In this document: one piece after another, positions 1 to 12,300 of the stretch
Layout of the letters: the number at the start of each line of letters is the position of its first letter
Position numbering within the stretch: the first letter of the stretch is position 1
Origin: Leucoraja erinacea
Lineage: Eukaryota
Reading direction: 5' to 3'
Assembly (NCBI RefSeq): GCF_028641065.1
Contig: NC_073404.1
Span: 12,338,001-12,402,000 of the forward strand
DNA: 64,000 nt
Notes under the pieces: model-generated
What the model was told of the DNA's origin: nothing
What the model saw: only the letters and a program-made list of their open reading frames with translations
The model's database searches: none
Position numbers and translations under genes: made by a program

Positions 1-141
1 AAATGACAGCGGCCCGCCAGGCTCAGTGCGGAGAAGCCAACCCCAGCTCACCTCTCCCCTCTCCCTCTCCCACCGGGCCAACCGACAGCCCTGGACCGAT
101 GAAACCAGTGGCCCCAGACCCACAGCTAGCGCGGAGATGAA

Positions 142-1075
142 GCTCCAACTCCAGCCCAACCCCGCTCCAACTCCAGCCCAGCCCCGCTCCAACTCCAGCC
201 CAGCCCCGCTCCAACTCCAGCCCAACCCCGCTCCAACTCCAGCCCAACCCCGCTCCAACTCCAGCCCAACCCCGCTCCAGCCCAACCCGCTCCAACTCCA
301 GCCCAACCCCGCTCCAACTCCAGCCCAACCCCGCTCCAACTCCAGCCCAACCCCGCTCCAACCCCGCTCCAACTCCAGCCCAACCCCGCTCCAACTCCAG
401 CCCAACCCCGCTCCAACTCCAGCCCAACCCCGCTCCAACTCCAGCCCAACCCCGCTCCAACTCCAGCCCAACCCCGCTCCAACTCCAGCCCAACCCCGCT
501 CCCACTCCAGCCCAACCCCGCTCCAACTCCAGCCCAACCCCGCTCCAACTCCAGCCCAACCCCGCTCCAACCCCGCTCCAACTCCAGCCCAACCCCGCTC
601 CAACTCCAGCCCAACCCCGCTCCAACTCCAGCCCAACCCCGCTCCAACTCCAGCCCAACCCCCGCTCCAACTCCAGCCCAACCCCGCTCCAACTCCAGCC
701 CAACCCCGCTCCAACTCCCGCCCAACCCCGCTCCAACTCCCGCCCAACCCCGCTCCAACTCCAGCCCAACCCCCGCCACTCCCTCCCCGCCCAACCCCGC
801 TCCAACTCCAGCCCAACCCCGCTCCAACTCCAGCCCAACCCCGCTCCAACTCCAGCCCAACCCCGCTCCAACTCCCGCCCAACCCCGCTCCAACTCCAGC
901 CCAACCCCGCTCCAACTCCAGCCCAACCCCGCTCCAACTCCAGCCCAACCCCGCTCCAACTCCAGCCCAACCCCGCTCCAACTCCAGCCCAACCCCGCTC
1001 CAACTCCAGCCCAACCCCGCTCCAACTCCAGCCCAACCCTGCTCCAACTCCAGCCCAACCCCGCTCCAACTCCAG
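142..1075 (+). repeat. 22-bp minisatellite (GCTCCAACTCCAGCCCAACCCC)n, about 42 units
   Basis: Directly visible near-perfect tandem array with a few shortened units; it generates the long repetitive ORFs on both strands. Confidence 0.97.
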
Positions 1076-1082
1076 AGGAACC

Positions 1083-1556
1083 CGTTACCCGATGGGCCGC
1101 TACGGCGACAAGTGCCATTTGCCCACGGCCACAGCCGCTACCCCAAGTACAAGCCGTACTTTGCACACCACCGGCTTCTGCCCCTATGGTACCCACTGCC
1201 ACTTCATCCACAACATTGCGTAGCCTGCGCCAGAGCGCCAGCCTGGGCTCAGCCTCCTCTGGTCCGACACTAGACTGGGCCGCGCTGCGGGCGGCCTTCA
1301 GCCCAGACCTGGAGTTGGAGCTGGCCTGGACTCTGGGCTTGGGACTGAGTGAGGGGGAGGAGGTTGCTGCTGCTACCAGCAGTACCATCACCAACAATAC
1401 CCGCAGCTCCAGCGGGCTCCTGGCCTGCACCATGGCCGGCAGGAGCCTGTCTGCAGACTCTCTTTCCGACCAGGATGACTCCAGTAGCAGCGGCTCCGAG
1501 TCGTCAAGAAGGGCCGGCGGCTGCCCATCTTCAGCAGGATCTCGGTGTCGGACTGA
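1083..1556 (+). pseudogene. ZFP36: ZFP36/tristetraprolin (TIS11 family)-like pseudogene, frameshifted
   Basis: Stitching frames gives RY..RYGDKC/FAHG..RYPKYK/RTLHTTGFCPYGTHCHFIHN (tandem CCCH finger remnants), LRQSAS, DSLSDQD-SSSSGSES and C-terminal GRRLPIFSRISVSD* (1512-1556, the CNOT1-binding motif). At least 4 frame changes and loss of both KTELC lead-ins. Confidence 0.85.
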
Positions 1557-2336
1557 GGGGAGGGGAGGGGGGTGGAGGTGGAGGGCTGCTAGCCAACCCG
1601 GTGGTTGCAGTGCCGGCTGCAAGCCCAGGGCCAACTCGGACACCTCCGGACAGGGACGGGACACCAGGGAGGGGACACCGGGGAGGGGACAGGAACGGCC
1701 CAACAGCAACTTAACAGCACCCGCATGAACGGAGAGCCAACCCCGACCCCGACTACGAATGAAACGCAAGCCTGCACATAATGCAGCACCACCGTTGTCA
1801 AGACTGTTTTATAGCTAGTGACCTATGACCTGGGCATGCGCAGTCGGAATACCGAACTTGCTTATTCTTGTCACTAAATTTACAGTCACAGTGCTGGCTG
1901 TCCTGCCTTGTCTGTGGCATAGGCTCTGAACCCACCCGCTAACAGAGTTGGACCTCTGCACCTCTGAAAGGGCAGTATCGCAGGTAAAGCGAGAGGGGGA
2001 TGAAGAGGAGGAGGAGGTGGTGAGAAACTGACACTGTGTGAGCTGGGATTCAGCAGTGGGAGGCAGGGAGTAGGAAGAGGGAATGGGGAAGGGTCAGGAA
2101 AGAGGACAGTAAAGAAAGGAGCGAGAGGAGGGGCCAGGAGGATAAGGATGAGGGGTGGGAGGGAGGGAAGACGAAAGGTGGTCTGAGAGAGGAGATAGGG
2201 GGTGGAGGTGGGAGAGAAGATGAGAGTATGGGAAAGGGAGGAGATGGGATGAAGGTGCTCGGGGTATGAGAGGGGAGGGAAGGGGACCCTGGGGATGGGA
2301 CGATGATCTCCTATGCTGCCCGCAGCTCAGACTCAC

Positions 2337-3363
2337 CGAGAAAGGCCTTGGCTTTGAAGGTCACGCGCCGGCACCACTGGATGAGCAGCCTCAGGCCGTC
2401 CAGGGGGAAGGGGCTGACGCGGTCCAGCCTCCGCATCTCCTCCTGCACCGGTCCGTGCCCGTGGGCAGAGTGATCTGCGGCGGCGCCGATCTCCAGCTCG
2501 CTGACGGCCCAGGTCAGCAGGGCCTTGCGCATGGGCGTGTTGGCGTAGAGGCGCTGTGAGCGCTGCACGTACATGTTGATGTTGGTCTGCTCCAGGGCGG
2601 CGTACAGCTCCTCGATCTTGCGGGCGGGCAGTAGCTCGCCGTGCTGCTTGCGCAGAGCGGTCACCCGGGCGTCCAGCAGCTTGTGTCGCTTTGCACTCTC
2701 CTTGCTCTCGTCCTTCATCAGCTCATAGTCGTCCCGCAGCTTCACCTCGAACACGCTGTCCAGCAGCACCATGGAGAAATGGCCCACCCGCAGCGACAGG
2801 TCAGGGGGCAGCGGCCCCTCTGACCCCTCGACCCCGGCGGCACCGACGCCCGACCCGTGCAAGGCCTTCAGCCACTTGACCACCGTCACACAGCGGTCAA
2901 AGGCGCTGGAGAAGTCGTAGCGGAAGGGGAACTCCACGGCCAGGCTAGACAGCTGGAGGGTCCACAGCCGGTTCTTGGCCCCCAGTTGGGCCTCCCGCTC
3001 GCCCGCATCCCCTCCCCGCACGTCGGCCTCCTTGGCCAAGAAGATGTCGTGCCCGTCGAAGCTGAGCACCACCTGGGAGGCCTGCAGGCTCCTGCCCCCG
3101 GCCTGTGTCGTGCCCACTAGGTTCTCTGCCCGCAGCTGCACCTGGTGCTCTGGGCCCAGGCTTGCCATCACCGCCAGGTTCTTCAGCTCCAGCGCCAGAT
3201 GGAGGAGCTTTCTGACCTTGCCGCCACCGCTCCCCGCTGGCCGGCCCTGCGGCAGGTTGGCACGCAGGCTGCGCTGGAGGAAGGCCGCCTCTTGCAGGTG
3301 GTGGTTCAGCAGCATGTGTCTGGGAGGGTCCCAATGCACGCTGACGTCCTGGATTGAGCTCAG
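2337..3363 (-). CDS. BLTP2: BLTP2-like exon 16 (1027 nt)
   Basis: cccacag|LSSIQ...KAFL G|gtgagt; contains YELMKDESKESAKR...KQHGELLPARKIEELY. Confidence 0.95.
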
Positions 3364-6300
3364 CTGTGGGAGAAAGAGGAGAGTTAGCAGCACGTCTGTG
3401 GGAGGGGCGGTGAGGAATCGCCGCACCGTGGGAGGAGCAGTGAGGGAGCACCGCAATGTTCTAGAGGCGGTGCTGAGGGAGTACTGAGGAGGCACTGCAC
3501 TCTTGTCGGGGTATCATGAAAGGTGTGTCCTTGTGCGGGGGCAGTAACAATGAAGCAACACACGTGGATGAGCATTGGTGCATGGAAGCACACTGTTTGA
3601 AATCCATCACATGAGACCACGATGAGAGTTCACTCGGCTGCATTGAAACACAAACATTAACACTTCATCACTGTTTCGTGGGAACATGCCAGGCCACAAC
3701 TGATCCAATCTCGCCTCTCTGAAGGGTGACGCGCAGACACACAATTTCCTTCCTTTTTTGATTGCTTACTCAATGCTGCCTGGAGGTTAGAGAGATAGGG
3801 AGGATCAAAGCCACCTAAGGAGTTGATGTTACTCCTTAAAGCAAAGTTGGCCTGGAAATTCTAGCTGGTGGGGATGGTTCTTTAAAGGGGAGTGATAGCA
3901 AGGTAAAGTCCATTTGCGGTCTAAACCCCCCACCAATGTAAACTCCAGCTGGTCCTCTGGCCCATCATCAGACATGGTGGTTAATTCAGTCCGAGGCCAG
4001 GCTCATTAGGGCTGGTTGAAGGCCACAGGACAGGCAGGGGTTGGTAGGTGGGGAAAGGGTGAACAAGAGAGTTCTGCTGGTGGGGGCAGTTAGGTGGGAG
4101 CACATTGCAGACTCTGATCATCAGCAGGATGGGGAATCGGCTAGTTCTGATGGCCAGGTAGGGCCAAGGGAAGCACTGTGCAGGCACTGAGGGTCAGCTA
4201 GGGTTGAGGGGGAAGATAATGGAACGTGGGGGCCAGAGGGGGGAAGAGTAGGGGTGAAGGAGACCTGGGCGTGAGGGAGACCAGAGCCAACATATTGAAT
4301 CGGTTCAGGAGCGCAAGAGTGAATCATGACCCAAAATAGGCAAGAAGTCATCATCACTTCCTTAGGAGGCTGCTCGATCCACCATGTCTATGCCATCCCA
4401 CTTATTACCCGAACACAAACACTTTTACATACCTATCAACTTCCCTCCCATTCCCCCACCCACACCAGCAGGCAATTAACCAACTTTGGGATGTGGTAGG
4501 AACAGGAGCATCCAGGAGAAACCCAGCAGTCACAGGAAGAGCGTACAAACTCCACATAGATAGCACCTGTGGTCCACAATGAGCCGAGGTCTGTCATTAT
4601 GGGGCAGCATCCCCACTCGCTGTTCACTGTTGGGCCCAGAGATAACAGCAAAAGTAATCAATTGAGTAATAGCTGAAGAAATAAGACTCTACCTGAAAAC
4701 CATCTACATTTTCAATTGCATAATCCCCAAAACATTGCACAACTGGATTTCTTGGCAACAGTAAACTAGCTATAAAAACTCCCTCGCTGAAAGATAAATA
4801 TAGCAGCACGGAAGCACAACTTGTAGACCCGTGTTTGGCCTTGACCTTGGAGACTGTGTGGAGTTTGCACGTTCTCCTATGACCGCATAAGTTTTATCCG
4901 GGTGCTCTTGTTTCCTCTCACATCCCAAAATATGAGCGGGTTTGTAAGTTAATTTGCCTCTATCAATTGTCTACTGTGTAGGGAGTGGCTGCAAAAGTGG
5001 GAACTAGTGTGAATAGGTGATCGATGGTCAGCATGGACAGGTGGGGTCAAAGGACAAGTTTCTGTGCAAACAAAAAAAGAGATTTGAGATCAATCTTTTC
5101 CTCCCCATTCTGTCTGCCTGGCCATTCGTTGTCAGCTCACTCGAGGAACCTGGCCGTAAGGAGTTGATCTTGTTTGCCAAGCATTGATTAGAAGTTGCTG
5201 CACACTCACATCTGATGAACTCTCACCTCGAAGGACCAGCCATGCATGAAGAACGCTGCAGTGAACTGGGACACAGAGAGGAGTTGCTTGGAGATAGGTT
5301 CCACATTGGACAGAAGCCGTATGCTGCTCTTTATGTCCTTCTCCACTACCAAGGATAAATTCTCCACCTCGCTGATTAAGCTGTCCGTGTTGTTCTTAAT
5401 GGACAAGGATTTCATCCGTACAATGCTGGCACCTACACAACAAAGAGAGCAGTCTCTACAGGTTATCCGCCCATCACCAGCTCTCTCCCTGATCTTCACC
5501 CACTGCTCTCGGAGAGCCTCTGGTCAGCTTTAGCCCGCTCCCTGCTGGGATTGTACAGACCCCCGAGGAGGGAAGGTTAGCAGCAGCGCGGGTTTTCAGG
5601 CCAGGGAGGGGAGAATGAGTATCTGCTGCTGCCCGCTGCACCCACTTATCCACAACCCTGGATGCGGTGATCGGACACTGACTGGGGATGTGGCAGCACT
5701 GCACGAGTGCAGAGGAGATTCGCCAGGACTTTGTCGGGGATGGGGTGTTTCAGGTACGAGTTGAGTTCAGTTTATTGTCACGTGTATCGAGATACAGTGA
5801 AAAGCTTTTCCGGGTGCTAACCAATCAGCGGAAAGTCAATACATGATTACAATCGAGCCGTCCACAATGTTCAGATACATGATAAAGGGAATAACATGAA
5901 TAACTTTAGTGAAAGATGAAGTCCAGTAAAGTCCGAATGAAGATAGTCCGAAGGTCTCAAATGGGGAGAGACAACTTTGTTTCAGCTGCTGTATTTAAGT
6001 TTGGCTTGATTGTATTCATGTGTAGTCATTTCAAATTTTATGGGCAAACAAAAGCTTTTCACTGTACCTTGGTACATGGGGACAATAATAAACCTAAACC
6101 TAAATCTAAAGACTGGAGAGGCTGGGTCTGTTCTCCCTGGAGAGACGATTAAGAGGAGACATGATTGTGATATGTAAATTATTCCAAAAATTCCAAGTTC
6201 TGGAAAATGGGATTGTTACAGATGGGTGCCATGGTCAGTATGGCTATGGTGGGCAGAATGGCCTGTGCCCATGCTGTTGGACTATGGGGTGGGAGAATCA

Positions 6301-9300
6301 GCTGAGAAATATGGGTGCATTTTGACATTGGACTCAGTGGGCCAAAGGGCCTGTTTCCCCTCTATATCCCTAAAGACTATGGGCGGTAGCTTTATGGTGA
6401 GAAAGGCAATGTTTAAAGATGTGCGGGAAAAGTGAGAGGTCAGGCCCAGAGAGTGGTCGGTGCTAGAATGTGCTGCCAGGGATGGTGTTGGCATCCATCC
6501 ACAGCATCTGGACAGACAATGTTTTGGGTCATGACCCTTCTGCGGACTCTCCTGATCAAAAATGTTGCCTGTCCATTTGCTGCAGAGTTCTGCTGCATAT
6601 TGAAAGGATCTGAACAAAAGCAGGTAACTACAGTAAAGATATAGATTGCCGAGGTCTATGTGCTCGGGATTCAAACGTAAATGCAATGGAAAGGTACAGG
6701 GATCACCTGCCACTCACCTACTGTACTGGAGAGAAAGAAGAGGGTGATATGTTCCAGTTTAACGTCCACTTTCGAGAATTGGACCTTTTGTCCACTCTTG
6801 AAGTCCAAATCTGCAGTAGTATATCCCCCATTGTCTGGGCTCTCTGCCAAAGGTTCCTGCTCACCTCCCTGCATCAGGGCCAGCACCTTGGACAGACACT
6901 CCACGGCCGTCTCCGAGACCTCCAGCTGCAGCTCGCTCACCATGCTGTCCAGGTGCAGATTCCCGGCGTGATCGCCCAAGAGAGACTTGGTTTGACTGTA
7001 ACTCCCCTGGAGGCAGAGACGGGAGAGTGAGAGGCCGGGTGCACCCTCCCACGCGCGGCAACGAGTGGTACTCACACAGGACACTGGTCCCACTGCAGTC
7101 ACAGTGGGCTCGACGCCGACATTCTCCAAAGCACACATTTCCCTGCGTCCGTCACAGTGGGACTCGCCTGGCCAGGCACCAGTCAAATGGAGATGAGATC
7201 CCAGAGTTCCCCAATCACACAACACACCAGACTTCAGCCGCACAGTGGGACATGCCTCATGACAGGCCCAGTTACCCACCCTCCATCCAGTGTGATGCCA
7301 CCTCACCTCTCTTACCTGCATATTGAACGTCTCCACCACCAGAACATCTCCCCACACGTGCGTCTTGGCTGGAGGTGGGGCTCTCAGTACCTGTGACCCA
7401 TCACCCGCTCGCCACCAAAGGTTCCTCACTGCCAGGTTACCACGCCAATGCGAACTGCGGGCCTTCAGGTGCTGGGTGTCTGTGGACACAGAGAGGTCCC
7501 ACTGTGTGGCTAATGATACAGAAAATCCACTCGCTTCCACAGAGTGTGCCCTGGACCTTCACGCTGCTCCTGTCTGGCACTCTGTACAAGTTGGGAGAGC
7601 TGCTGCCTCACGGCGCCAGAGACCCGGGTTCTATCCTAACCTCGGGTTCTGTCTTTGTGGGGTTTGCACGTTCTCCCTATGACTACATGATTTTCCTCCA
7701 GATGCTCCAGTTTCCACCCACATCCCAAAGACGCGCAAGTTGTAGGTTAATTGGCCTCTGTAAATTGCCCTTAGTGTGCAGGGAGCGGATGAGAAAATAG
7801 TATATCATAGAAGCAGTGTGAACAGTTGATCAATGGTCAGCATGGACTCAGTGGACTGAAGGGCCTTTTTCCACGCTGTGTCTCTAAACTAATCAAAGCT
7901 GTGCACAGTGACCCATTCGACCCGATGCCACTATGCCAGCTCTCTGAAACAGCTCTCACCACTGCCCTGCACTCTTCCCTGAGTCTGGCCATAGCTTCCT
8001 TTTGAAGGTATAAACATAAATGCCAGAAACACTTATCGGCCAGCAGCCCTGTGGAGAGGGAAACGGAGTTCATATTTCTGGTACTATAAATCATCGTGCT
8101 GTCAAACAGCGGCAGCATTTTCTGGTTTCATTTCACATTTGCAGCACCCGCAGTTAATTGTTTTCTGATCTTTTTCCCCCACGTTCCTGTCGATTCTGCT
8201 TTCACCAGCCTCTCAGTCAGTGCACCCCTTCACCACCACTCTTCATCACTACTTTTCTCAAACCTCTCTCCATTGTGCAAAACTATTTATTCTATCAAAG
8301 CTCTCTGTGATTTTAACACCTACTACTATAAGGTGATAGTTGCATTCCTGTCTGTTATAAGGACAATTGTGTCATTGTCTCTGGGATGAAGCAGTGGCTC
8401 TGAGGACACATTGGAGAGGCTGGGTCTGTTTTTTCTGGAGCAGAAGATGTTAACATTGGATTGAGACATATAAAATTGTAGGTGGTATATCATTTAGTAT
8501 AGGTGTAGTGGGTGGCACAATGGCGCAGCTGGTAGAGCTGCAGCTTCACAGCACCAGAGACCTGGGTTTGATATGTCCTTGGGTGCTATCCGTGTGGAGT
8601 TTGCATGTCCTCTCTGTATCTGCGTGGGTCGGGAGTGTATGAGAATATGGGATACCAGAGAATTGGTGTGAACGGGTGAACAATGGTCGGCGTGGATTCA
8701 TTGGGCTGAAGTGCTTGTTTCCATGCTGTTTCTCTAAACCAAATTAGATAGGGTTGACTGCAGGAAACGTCCTCATATCAGAGGCAGATACAATCTGAGG
8801 AGACACAAGGAAATGCACATTTCGGAATCTTGAGTAAAACCCAGCGGGTCAGGCAGCATCTGTGGAGGGAATGGAAGGCGACATTTGGGCTGTGAACCTT
8901 CTTCAGACTCAATTTAAGGACATACGTTTGGGTGCAGGGTGAAGAGATTTAGAGAGGATCAGAGGGGGATCCTTTTCACCCAGAGAGTTGTGAGTACTTG
9001 GAAATCATTACCCAACTATGGTGGAAGTATGATGACATCATTGAAGAATCGTCCAGATGGGCACTTGAATCACGGAGGCACAGAAGACTACTAGCCAGGG
9101 GGAAGGGGAAGGGAGATGGGGAGTGTGACAGATTGTAAATGAACGGGTAAGGACGAAGTCACGTGTTAGCAACATGTGTGCCACTCCCTTTGCTGAGTTT
9201 TCTATTCTGGATCATTGTTGCTCATTAATAGCAGGAGCTCCCTATGTAAATATCACCGGGTGGTGAGTGTAATCACGAGAAAACAGGTTTGGACTCGTAA

Positions 9301-12300
9301 CAAATAAAAACTGCAGGTGCAGTAAATCCAAACCCAAAATAGAACAGGTAGGAAATACTCATCCGGTCAGGCCACATCGGTGGGTGGAGAAATAAAGCTC
9401 AACGTTCCAGGTCGAAGATTGTTTGTCAGAAGTGGGAAGGGGTGAGAAGGAACATGTTCAGCTGCAGGAAGTGTGGGGGAGTGGGCTGTTCCTGATCGGG
9501 TGGAGCCTGGGGCGACCATGGGGATAAACAGATAAACAAGGTTATCTGCTCAATGAGTGAATGGGAGCAGTTAGACAGCGAGAGCACAGATGAAGAACCT
9601 TGGCCAAACAAGGAGCTGCTGGAATCATGAGTAAAACACAAAGTGCTGGAGTAACTCAGCGAGTCAGGTTGCATCTGTGGAGAGAATGGACAACCGTTTT
9701 GGGTTGGGACACTTCTTCAGACAATAGAACCTCAACTAAAGAATGTGGGAGTTGCAAAGTGCAGAGCAGGAGGACAATCCCGGCAGGTCAGGTTGGACAT
9801 GTCCTCTACTCTCAGAGAGAAAGGCAAAAACAAGCATGCTGAGCTCATATTGCAGATGGATGACTGATACAGCTTGTGAATCAATACATGTAGGCAGCTG
9901 CTCTTCAAAAACTTATATCACAACAAGGACTCAATGGATGGTCAAAGGGAAGCTGAGTAAATAAAATGTAAACAGTACAGCAAGGGCCAGGCCCATGGGC
10001 CCACAATGTCTGTGCTGAACATGATACCTAGATAACTAATTTCCTCTGCCTGCAAGTGATTCATATCACTCCATTCCCTGCATATCCATGTGCCTCTAAA
10101 AGCCTTTAATGCTATTTAAATAGTACTCTTTTAAATCTCACGTCCCCTCCTGAACATACAGGAGCACACCAAGGAGAGCCGCCTATTCAGAGAATTACTG
10201 AGGTGCAAATATCTCCTTTTTGAAAGGTGAGAGGTGGGACTGGGAAGGGTGGTAAGAGCAAGGTTAGGGTGGAGGAGGTTAATGGATGCTGCAGCGGGTT
10301 GAAGTAAACTTATGCGTTAAGCGTTGTTCTTACCTGCAGTTACGGAGCCGAGACCCAGTGCGAAGGTGGGTGTCTTGAAGAACTGGAGGGAGCCGCTCAC
10401 GTTGGTCAGTGAACAGTTGAGGATGATGGGGACCTTGAGCTGAGGTAAGGACCTGGTTAAAGACAGAATAGAAAGAGTGTGAAAGAGAGGCTCTGCGGCA
10501 TCACCTACATCAGGGGTCACCAAACTGGGTCGGCACAGGTGTAGTCAACCTGACAACATGAGGGAGCTGGTTAATACCAGTGAGGATACAGTCAGAGACA
10601 CAGGGTACTGGTGAAAGAAGGGTTACCAAGCCAAAGTGTGAGGGAGCTGATTAACACCAGTGGGGATGAAGGTGGTGACACAGGGTGCTGAGGGAGAGGG
10701 GGTTACTGAGGGAGAGGGGTTATTGAGGGACAATGTCAGGGAGCTGGATTAACACCCAGTGGAGATACAGTCAGGGACACACTGCAATGAGGCAGATGGG
10801 TGAGGCTCTCACTGATCAACATAGATGTGCAGGTTGATACAAACCTTTCTCTTGCAGCTTTTGGCTCTGCGGAGCTGCTCGGCAGCAAGGCGTGCCAGTG
10901 TGAAAACTCTGAGTGGCGATAGTGAACGATGCACGTGTGGATGATGACGGATGCAGAGATGTCAATGCCCGTGATCTGAAGAGCAGAAAACAAGAGCGAT
11001 TTTCAGTCCATCACTGACAAACCACCCGTCCAGTGCGAACCATCTTCCTGGATCACCCAGCCAGGAGCCCGACACAGAATGACAGAATGGTGGCCAGCTT
11101 GGCCTTGGTGTACAGGTTGGCTTCCTGACTGAAGCAGAGAGGGTCTGGGCAAGATTGAAGCAGCCAGCACAGGCCTGAGGTGTACATTGGATCATTCTTC
11201 CCGACCCCAGTCAGGGTGTGTCAACCACAAGTGAGATAAACGAGATGGGAAATCAACTTGGTCGACAAAGTCAGTATCCCTCAGGAACCGAACCCCAAAG
11301 GCTCCATCAAGATGACTGTCACCAGCCCTCCAAACCTTCAAGTCTCTGCCCAGCACAACTTTAATCACCTGTCCACTGGTCGCGTGCTTCTAACTGCCTG
11401 GGCCTCAAGCTCTGGAATTCCCTCCTTTTGCTTTTTCCACCTCTCTCTCGCTTACTTTAAGAATTACTTTAAAATTAAAGATAGGATAGACTTCAGGTGC
11501 TGGGATCTGGAGCAAGAAGCAAACTGCTGGAGGAACTCAGCAGGTCAGGCGGCATCTGTGGAGGCAGAGGGATGGTCAGCGTTTTGGGTCCAGATCCTTT
11601 AGGCAGCTGGTGGAGCTGCTGCCTCACAGCATCAGAGACCCGAGTTCAATCCTGACCTTGGGTGTTGACTGTGTAGGGTTTGTGCATTCTCCCTGTGATT
11701 ATGTGGGTTTCCACCCACATCCCAAAGACGTGCAGGTTGGTCGGTTAATTGGCCTCTATAAATAAAGTGGATGAGAAAGTGGGAGAACATGGAGCTAGTG
11801 CGAGCGTGTGATCGATGTTGGTGTGGACTCCGTGGGCCGAAGTAATTAATTACCTTTCAATTAATCAATCAATCGTGCATCAGGGCTGAGTGTGGGGGGA
11901 GAGATGGCCAGTATAAAGAGGCGTGATGAGAGAGGGGGGGGGGGGGGGGGGTGGGGGCAGTTGCTGGCAGATTTTAATATTAACCTGCTCACCACCTCTT
12001 GTCCACCTGTGCTAATGTATCACATGGATAAATGTTACTTGTTCACCCTCCTGTGAGATGCCTTTGTGCTGTTGAAAGCTTAATGCAAGTGCTGCAGCTG
12101 TTGATCCTTTGCGCACGAGGAGTGGGGAGAAATACCAGGTGCCTGCGGTTACCGTGGGCGACAGGTCCAAGGTTCTCCTCACTCACCTGGGCACAGGGCA
12201 TCACCCACCTGCAGGGAACTGCTGAGGTTGGCCAGGGTCACAATCCGCTGCCGACTCTGGGACAGGAGCAGTCCATCTGAGGGCAGGACAAGAGCGAGAG

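Noticed and set aside
142-1075. CRISPR-like appearance of regular repeats (also 52676-52963)
   Set aside because: Head-to-tail units without unique spacers, in vertebrate DNA; no cas genes
23-1769. Long ORFs of 348, 415 and 547 aa on both strands
   Set aside because: By-products of the stop-free 22-bp minisatellite and of the GC-rich antisense strand of the ZFP36 remnant; no domain content of their own
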